Positions 25,162-31,326 of a stretch of 31,326 nt of DNA are shown here, one piece after another (position 1 is the first letter of the stretch; each line of letters opens with the position of its first letter). Below the pieces are notes generated by a model. It was not told where the DNA came from and searched no databases. It was given only the letters and a program-made list of their open reading frames with translations. The stretch is taken from assembly GCA_937959175.1 (NCBI GenBank), contig CALGAS010000257.1, forward strand, positions 1 through 31,326, written 5' to 3'. A program made the translations under genes and the position numbers. This DNA is from an uncultured bacterium. GTDB taxonomy: Bacteria; Planctomycetota; Planctomycetia; Pirellulales; UBA1268.

Positions 25162-28100
25162 ATGGCGACGCGACGGACGCGACGGGCAGAGGCAGGGCGG
25201 CCGCGAAGGAGTCTGGCCATCTTCTCCGCGGCGGCGCTGGCGGTGCTGCTGGCCGCCGGCTGGCTGACACCCGCGGTGCTCGTCCACACCAGCCTGCGAG
25301 ACAGGCCGCTGGCGGCCATCCTGGCCGGCACGGAGGCGACAATCTCCAGCCGGTCGGCCCGCTGGAGCTGGCTGGCCGGCATTGAATACCGCAATGTCGT
25401 CGTGGCCGACGCAGCCGGCAATCCGGTGATCCTCATCCCGTCGCTGGCCCTCGAGAAGGGCATCCTTGGCCTGGCGGCCGACCCGAAGCAGCTTGGAACG
25501 GTTCGCCTGGCCGGCCTCGAGGCGGTGGTGGTCGTCCGGCCGGGGGGCAGTTCGCTCGAGGATCTCCTGGCCCCGCTGCTCGAGGCAACCGATGGGCCGG
25601 CGGGCGTCGCCTGCGACCTCGAGCTGGTTGGCGGCACGGTCGAACTGGTCGACACCCGACACGAGGACGCCTGGCGGCTTGCCGACCTGGTCGCTGCCGG
25701 CAGCCTCTCCGCCGACGGATCATTCAACAACTGGACGCTCGCCGGCCGGGTGCAGCACGTTGGACTCGACGGCCGCGATGGAAAGGCCGGTGACGATCCC
25801 GCCGGCGGGTCCCCGCCAGAGCAGCCGCCTGCCGCGGCGTCGCAACTGACCCGTGGAACGATCACCGCGGCGGCCGCCTCGGCGCTGGCCCGCGACGGGG
25901 GCTGGTCGGTGGCGGCGGCACCGGGCGATTCCGGGAGCGAGCCCTCGCTTGCAATCACGGCCCATCGGCTTCCCCTGGGCATCTCGAGCGTGGCGGCGAC
26001 CCGCTTCGGCAGCGATACGCTGCTCGACGGGCTGGCCGACATCCGGCTCGATCTCACCGCGGGCGACGCCGGCCGCGTGGTCGGCGGCCGGATCGTTACC
26101 GAGCAACTGGCCGTTTGCCGGAGCGACTCGCTGGCGGAAGTCTTGAGACTGCCCCGCTGCGAAGTGCCGCTAGAACTGGTGGTGGATGACGAGGCGGTCA
26201 GAATCCGTGAGTTACGGGTCGCCTCGCCGGTGGTCGAGGCCGAGGCTTCGGGGAAGCTGCCCCTCGTGGCGGCTGATCCCTGGCAGTGGCTCACGGCGGC
26301 TATCGGCCTCGATTGCTCGCTTTCGGCGCGTGTCGACTTGGCAGCGGCCGCCGCAGCGATGCCCGCTGGCCTGGCCGTGCGGCAGGACGCCCGGATCACC
26401 GGGGGCACGCTCCAGTTGGCCGCGATCGCCCGGCCCGACGGCGGCGATCGTGTCCTCGAGGTCCGGCTCGACGCCCGTGACCTCGCGGCGGTCCGCACGG
26501 TTGCCGGCGATCCGGGAGAGCCGCCGAGCGAACGGCCGTTGCGGTGGAACGAGCCGCTCTCGGCCTGGGCCCGAGGCCGGCGGGGGCCGGGGAGCGAGGC
26601 GAGCCTCCGAATCGAGGAAGGTCGCATCACGTCGCAGGCGGTCGAGATCTCAGCCTCCGGCACACCGGCGGCTCTCGAGGTGCAGTGGACAGCCGACCTG
26701 GGCGACCTGACGGCCGAGGTTTCGGAACTGCTCGATCTCGGCGGCCTGCAGCTGGGAGGCACCTCGCGGGGCCGGGTCTCCTGCCAGCGGACCGGCGGCG
26801 GGCTTTCGGAGATGAAGGTGGCGGCGAGCGTCAAGGATTTTCTCCTCGACCCGCGAGGCCCGGGAGTCTGGCGTGATCAGGCCATTCGGTTCGACGCCGA
26901 ACTGATCGGCTCGCAGCGGAGCCCGGGCGCGATCATCGAGCAGGGGCGAGCCATGCTGACCGCCGCCGGCGACACCTTGGAAGTGACCCTCGTCGGAGGC
27001 GTCGCGGTCGATGCGGCAGCATGGGCTGACCGCGGCCGCCCGCCACTGGCCGCCTGGATCAGGCCGGCTGCCGCCGGCAAGGAGGTCACGGCCGACTGCT
27101 CGCTGGCCGGAGACGTGGGCCGTTGGCATGCCCGCCTGGCGGCCCTCCTGCCGGCTGTGGCCAGCGAAGATGTGGCGGTCGGAGGACGGCTGGAGGCCGC
27201 CGCGGCGGTCACCCCCGATGCGACGGCAGGCGACGATGCCTGGCGGATTACCAAGCTCACCGCCGCGATCGAAGACTTCATCCTCGAGGCCGGCGACCGG
27301 CAGGCTCGGGAGCCACGGATCGTGGCCACGGCAGCTGGCAGGATCTGGCCCGCGGCGGGCCGGGTCGACATCTCGTCGGCCGAGGTGCTCTCCAGTTCGC
27401 TGTCACTGCGCAGCGGCGGTGTCGCCTGGCTTGCCCAAGCCGATGCCGATCTGGCGGCGACGGCCACGCCGCTCGATCAGGTGTTCGCGCAGCTTCGGGG
27501 CCGGCTGCAATGGCAGGCCGACCTCAGCCGGCTGGAGCGGTGGCTCGTTCCGACCTCGGCAGCCGAGGCCTGGCCGCTTTCCGGCCGGGCTTGGGGAACC
27601 TTCGACGTGGCCCCGACCCAGACCGGAATCAATCTCCTGGCCGAGGTGACCGGCAGCCAGGTGGCGGTGAGGCGGGGCCCGCCGCAGCAGGGCGAGCCTC
27701 GCGTTGTCTGGCGGGAGCCGCAGGCGAGCGTTGTCGTCGAGTTGACCCGGCCGCTCGATCGCCCATCCGTCGGCGGGGCGGCCCTTGCCGACCGGCTGGT
27801 CATCGACCGGCTGGCCATTGAGTCATCGACCTTCGCGATGGCGGCTCGCGGCGGGGTCGAGGGCTGGTCGGGCCGTCGCCTGGCGAGCCTGGAGGGCAGC
27901 ATCTCCTACGACTGGGCCCAGCTCTCGCGGCTGGCCACACCCTGGACCGGCGGCCGCGTCCGGCTGAGCGGTTCGATGAATCGTCCCTTCGCGATCCGCG
28001 GGCCCCTGGGAGTTGGCCCGGGAAGGCTGGCGGCGGGAGATTCGCCCGCGAGCAAGCAGCCGGCGGCGACGGTCGGCACGCTCGCCCTGCCCGAGGCCTG

Positions 28101-29118
28101 GCTGGCGGCCACCCAGGGGGGCGGGCAGAATCCCGCAGCCGGCGGTGAGGTGACGGTGCCGATCCGGCCTGCCTCCTCGCGGCTGCTCGGTGATCGGTTG
28201 CGGGACATTTCCCTCGAGACGTCGGCCGCCTGGACGGCCGCCGACATCGACGGCTTTCCGCTGGCGGCCGGTGACGTGGCGATCCGCCTGCTCGAGGGAC
28301 AGCTCGCCTTCGGGCCCTTCGACGTGGCGGCGTCGGGCGGGCGGGTGCGGGGAGCCCCCTGGCTGCGGTTCGGCCCGCGGCCGAGCGAACTGGTGGTGCC
28401 ACCGGGCCGACTGGTCGATCGGGTGCATCTCACCGGCGATCTCTGCGAGCGGTTCGTGTCGCTGATTTCCCCGCTGCTCGGCCAGGCGACCGACACCTCG
28501 GCGGTGGTCAGCGTCGACCTGGCGGGGGCCCGCCTGCCATTGGCAGACCCGCTGGCCGGCGAGGCCTCGGGCAAGGTGATGTTTGGTGATTTCGAGGTCA
28601 GGCCGAGTGGGGCGATGCAGCCGCTGGTCAGCTTGCTCGCCAAACTCCAGGCGGTGATCGATCCCCGGTTTGCCCTTTCCGATCAGCCCGTCTTGCTGCG
28701 GGTGCGTCCCGAGCCGATTCGGCTGCGGCTGGCGGGCCGCCGGATCGCCCACGAAGGGCTCGTGATGGACTCCGGCCCGCTGATGGTCACGTCTCGCGGC
28801 AGCGTCGGCGACGACGGATCGCTGGCGATGCTCGTCGAGGTCGCCTTCCGGGGTGACGTGGCCGGCCAGACGCCCGTGGTCGCCCAGTTGCTGCGGACAC
28901 CGATCGCCATCCCCTTGAAGGGCACGCTCGCCCGCCCGCAGTTCGACGCCGGTGCGATCGACGTGACGGTCAAGCGGATCTTGGAAAACACCGCCCGGGC
29001 GGTGGTCGACGAGGGGATCAGCAGGGGGCTTGAGGCCCTCTTCGGACGGCCTCAACCGGCCCCGCGGCAGCCGCCGGCTCAGCCGAATCAGTCCGGGCCG
29101 CTCATCCTGCCGCGCTAG
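25162..29118 (+). CDS. Very large hypothetical envelope protein, AsmA/TamB-like, about 1318 aa
   Basis: One N-terminal TM anchor after a basic stretch, long repetitive beta-strand/Gly-rich body, and C-terminal 'RIAHEGL.MD.G..VTSRGSVG.DGSL...PIAIPLKGTLARP' resembling AsmA-type C-termini. Alternative start 25126. Confidence 0.7.
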   Translation: MATRRTRRAEAGRPRRSLAIFSAAALAVLLAAGWLTPAVLVHTSLRDRPLAAILAGTEATISSRSARWSWLAGIEYRNVVVADAAGNPVILIPSLALEKGILGLAADPKQLGTVRLAGLEAVVVVRPGGSSLEDLLAPLLEATDGPAGVACDLELVGGTVELVDTRHEDAWRLADLVAAGSLSADGSFNNWTLAGRVQHVGLDGRDGKAGDDPAGGSPPEQPPAAASQLTRGTITAAAASALARDGGWSVAAAPGDSGSEPSLAITAHRLPLGISSVAATRFGSDTLLDGLADIRLDLTAGDAGRVVGGRIVTEQLAVCRSDSLAEVLRLPRCEVPLELVVDDEAVRIRELRVASPVVEAEASGKLPLVAADPWQWLTAAIGLDCSLSARVDLAAAAAAMPAGLAVRQDARITGGTLQLAAIARPDGGDRVLEVRLDARDLAAVRTVAGDPGEPPSERPLRWNEPLSAWARGRRGPGSEASLRIEEGRITSQAVEISASGTPAALEVQWTADLGDLTAEVSELLDLGGLQLGGTSRGRVSCQRTGGGLSEMKVAASVKDFLLDPRGPGVWRDQAIRFDAELIGSQRSPGAIIEQGRAMLTAAGDTLEVTLVGGVAVDAAAWADRGRPPLAAWIRPAAAGKEVTADCSLAGDVGRWHARLAALLPAVASEDVAVGGRLEAAAAVTPDATAGDDAWRITKLTAAIEDFILEAGDRQAREPRIVATAAGRIWPAAGRVDISSAEVLSSSLSLRSGGVAWLAQADADLAATATPLDQVFAQLRGRLQWQADLSRLERWLVPTSAAEAWPLSGRAWGTFDVAPTQTGINLLAEVTGSQVAVRRGPPQQGEPRVVWREPQASVVVELTRPLDRPSVGGAALADRLVIDRLAIESSTFAMAARGGVEGWSGRRLASLEGSISYDWAQLSRLATPWTGGRVRLSGSMNRPFAIRGPLGVGPGRLAAGDSPASKQPAATVGTLALPEAWLAATQGGGQNPAAGGEVTVPIRPASSRLLGDRLRDISLETSAAWTAADIDGFPLAAGDVAIRLLEGQLAFGPFDVAASGGRVRGAPWLRFGPRPSELVVPPGRLVDRVHLTGDLCERFVSLISPLLGQATDTSAVVSVDLAGARLPLADPLAGEASGKVMFGDFEVRPSGAMQPLVSLLAKLQAVIDPRFALSDQPVLLRVRPEPIRLRLAGRRIAHEGLVMDSGPLMVTSRGSVGDDGSLAMLVEVAFRGDVAGQTPVVAQLLRTPIAIPLKGTLARPQFDAGAIDVTVKRILENTARAVVDEGISRGLEALFGRPQPAPRQPPAQPNQSGPLILPR

Positions 29119-30466
29119 CCGCCGCCGGCCGCTCCCGGCGGAGCCTTGCCTCGAGGGCAGTCACGATGCGTTCCAGTTCGCGACGGTAGGAGAAGTGTTC
29201 CACCTCGAGGGTGTGCCGGGGCGAGTCGACGTAGCGGATCGGGTTCGGCCGGGCGGGACGTTGGCGGCGGGCGTAGAGCCAGCCCGCGGCACGGGGAGCG
29301 ATGCGGGCGGCGAGGGCCATCCGAGCGACGAGCTTCGCCTGGACGTCGGTGATCCCCCATTGGCCGCTGTCGGGCTGGATCAGGCCGACGACGGCGATGT
29401 CGTCGCGGGTCGGATGGAGGAGGTTCATGAACAGGCTGGGCACGCCGTCGGCCGCAGCCGCCCCAAGCAGTCGGCAGTCGATGAAGGGGAGCGTCGGCCG
29501 GTAGCCGGTCGCACAGATCACGACATCGACCGTTTCGCGCCGGCCATCGTGAAAGACGACTTCGGAACCGTCGAAGGCGGCCACGTCACCGACCGGCTGG
29601 ATCGCCCCGGCATCGATCCGCCCGAGCAGGTCGGAGTTGACGATCGGGTGGGTCTCGAAGAGCCGGTGATCGGGCCGGGGGAGGCCGTGTTTCCACGGCA
29701 GTCCGATCGTGCGGGCGATGCCTCGCAGGGCGACCAGCCTCCGCAGCCACAACGGCGCATGCATCTTGAGGAGCCGCTCTCCGCGGAGGTCGGCCGGCCG
29801 GCCGAGGACGAAGCGGGGCACCACGTAATAGCCGCGGCGGGTCGAGTGGATCGTGACGGCGGCATGCCGCGAGCACTCGACGGCGATGTCGCAGCCGGAG
29901 TTGCCCGCGCCGATCACCAGGACCCGTTTGCCGGCGATCGGAACCGGCACCGTCGGGCTCTTGTAGTCGGCCGAGTGCGTGAGGGTGCCGGTGAAGCTGC
30001 CCGGAATCTCGGGATACCGCGGCACGTGGTTGTGGCCGCTGGCGATCACGACCCCGGCGTAGTGGCGGGATTGGCCGTCGGCGGTGGCGACCGCCCAGCC
30101 TGCCCCCGGCGGGCTTGCCGGCTCGATCTTCGTCACGCCGACTCGCGTTTGGATGTGCTCGGCAAGGCCGAAGTGATCGGCATAGGCCTCGAAGTACGCG
30201 AGGCACTGGCGGTGATCGGGATAGGCGGGATAGTGCCGCGGCATCGGGAAGTCGGCAAACTCCGTCAGCCGTTTGGAACTGATCAGCCGCGTCGATGCGA
30301 AGACCCGGCTGGTGGCCGAGCCGAATCGCCAGTTGCCGCCGATGCCGGCTTCGCGTTCGAGGCACTCGACAGGGATGCCGGCAGCCAGCAGGTGTCGCAG
30401 GGCCGCCAGCCCTGAGGGCCCCGCCCCGATCACGCACCACGGCAGGCCAGGATCAGCTGATGGCAT
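29102..30466 (-). CDS. Flavin-containing monooxygenase (class B), 454 aa
   Basis: GAGPSG (FAD), GGNW, FMO fingerprint FTGTLTHSADYK, GAGNSG (NADPH) and CATGY. Start ATG 30466 overlaps the bioF stop. Confidence 0.9.
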   Translation of the reverse strand: MPSADPGLPWCVIGAGPSGLAALRHLLAAGIPVECLEREAGIGGNWRFGSATSRVFASTRLISSKRLTEFADFPMPRHYPAYPDHRQCLAYFEAYADHFGLAEHIQTRVGVTKIEPASPPGAGWAVATADGQSRHYAGVVIASGHNHVPRYPEIPGSFTGTLTHSADYKSPTVPVPIAGKRVLVIGAGNSGCDIAVECSRHAAVTIHSTRRGYYVVPRFVLGRPADLRGERLLKMHAPLWLRRLVALRGIARTIGLPWKHGLPRPDHRLFETHPIVNSDLLGRIDAGAIQPVGDVAAFDGSEVVFHDGRRETVDVVICATGYRPTLPFIDCRLLGAAAADGVPSLFMNLLHPTRDDIAVVGLIQPDSGQWGITDVQAKLVARMALAARIAPRAAGWLYARRQRPARPNPIRYVDSPRHTLEVEHFSYRRELERIVTALEARLRRERPAAASAAG

Positions 30467-31326
30467 CAGCGAGCCTCGCCAGATCGTCGTCGCTGTGCAG
30501 CCAGGAGAGGCTGGCCCGCACGAGGCTCCGGCCGGCCGGCACACTGGGCGGGCGGATCGCCGGCACGAAGAACCCCGCCTCAGCCAGCCGGGCCGAGAGG
30601 GCCACCGCAGCAGCCGGCTCACCGGCCACGACCGGCACGATCTGGGCGGCCGCGTCGCCGATCTCGAGGCCGGCGGCCGTCAGCCGTTCGCGAAACGCCG
30701 CGGCCCGTTCAAGCAAGGCCCGCCGTCGCTCAGGCTCAGCTTCGACCAGTTCGATCGCCCGCGTGGCGGCCCCGGCGACGGCTGGCGGATGGGCCGTGGA
30801 AAAAATCCACGCTCGGGCCGAGTGCCGCAGCCACTCGATGAGCCGACCGTGGCCGGCGACAAACCCGCCGGCGGCCCCGAGGGCCTTGGAGAGCGTGCCG
30901 ACGCGGATGTGGACACCATCAGCACAGCCGGATGCCTCCACCAGGCCGCTGCCCCGCGCGCCGAAGACTCCGGTGGCATGGGCTTCGTCAAGCATCAGCA
31001 TCGCCCCGTGGCGACCGGCGAGATCGGCGAGGTCGGCCAGCGGGGCGATCGTGCCGTCCATCGAGAAGAGCGTGTCGCTGACGATCAGCCGGCGGCGGGC
31101 TGTCGTTTCGGTGAGCAGCCGTCTGAGGGTGGCCAGGTCACGGTGCGGATAGACATGCACCGCGGCGCGGGAGAGACGGCAGCCGTCGATCAGGCTGGCG
31201 TGGTTTCGCTCGTCGGAATAGATCGCGTCGCCCGGGCCGACGAGGGCGGGAATTGTGGCGGCGTTGGCGGCGAAGCCCGAGGGAAAGACAAGGGCCTCCT
31301 CGACCTCGAGGAGGCCGGCGATCGCC
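30453..31326 (-). CDS. bioF: 8-amino-7-oxononanoate synthase / alpha-oxoamine synthase, 5' end outside the window
   Basis: SDERNHASLIDG, SDTLFSMDG, LDEAHATG, GTLSKALG (PLP Lys), FSTA, AIRPPSVP and RASLS. Confidence 0.88.
   Translation of the reverse strand, partial: AIAGLLEVEEALVFPSGFAANAATIPALVGPGDAIYSDERNHASLIDGCRLSRAAVHVYPHRDLATLRRLLTETTARRRLIVSDTLFSMDGTIAPLADLADLAGRHGAMLMLDEAHATGVFGARGSGLVEASGCADGVHIRVGTLSKALGAAGGFVAGHGRLIEWLRHSARAWIFSTAHPPAVAGAATRAIELVEAEPERRRALLERAAAFRERLTAAGLEIGDAAAQIVPVVAGEPAAAVALSARLAEAGFFVPAIRPPSVPAGRSLVRASLSWLHSDDDLARLADAIS

Overview
High-GC window (about 70% by eye, not computed), most likely chromosomal DNA of a Planctomycetota bacterium. This assignment is inferred from the gene order DnaA-like/dnaN/DUF721/gyrB and from the style of the proteins and repeats. 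About 21 housekeeping and metabolic CDS can be called: aldehyde dehydrogenase, MFS permease, PepP, FKBP, AckA, Pta, GyrB, DciA, DnaN, a DnaA paralog, cysteine desulfurase, AspC, Ino1, an RlmM-like methylase, biotin ligase, a beta-barrel protein, a PatB/MalY enzyme, a baeRF3 protein, MobA, an AsmA-like protein, an FMO and a partial BioF. An AT-rich candidate oriC lies between the DnaA-like gene and dnaN. Two things stand out. (1) A unit at about 17185-17643 that the ORF track misses: a TTGACA promoter overlapped by palindromes, a clean H-type pseudoknot, a strong SD, a 22-aa ORF with 13 Lys (MAKKKKKAAKKVAKKKKKKGHG), four tandem hairpins (three capped by UUCG/GNRA tetraloops) and a 14-bp terminator. 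(2) The DnaA homolog beside the candidate origin has lost Walker A, Walker B and the helical lid, but keeps an intact DNA-binding domain IV. A composite palindromic repeat of about 148 bp occurs as two near-identical inverted copies plus a partial copy. No rRNA, tRNA, CRISPR or transposase was found. All calls were made by eye, without database searches.
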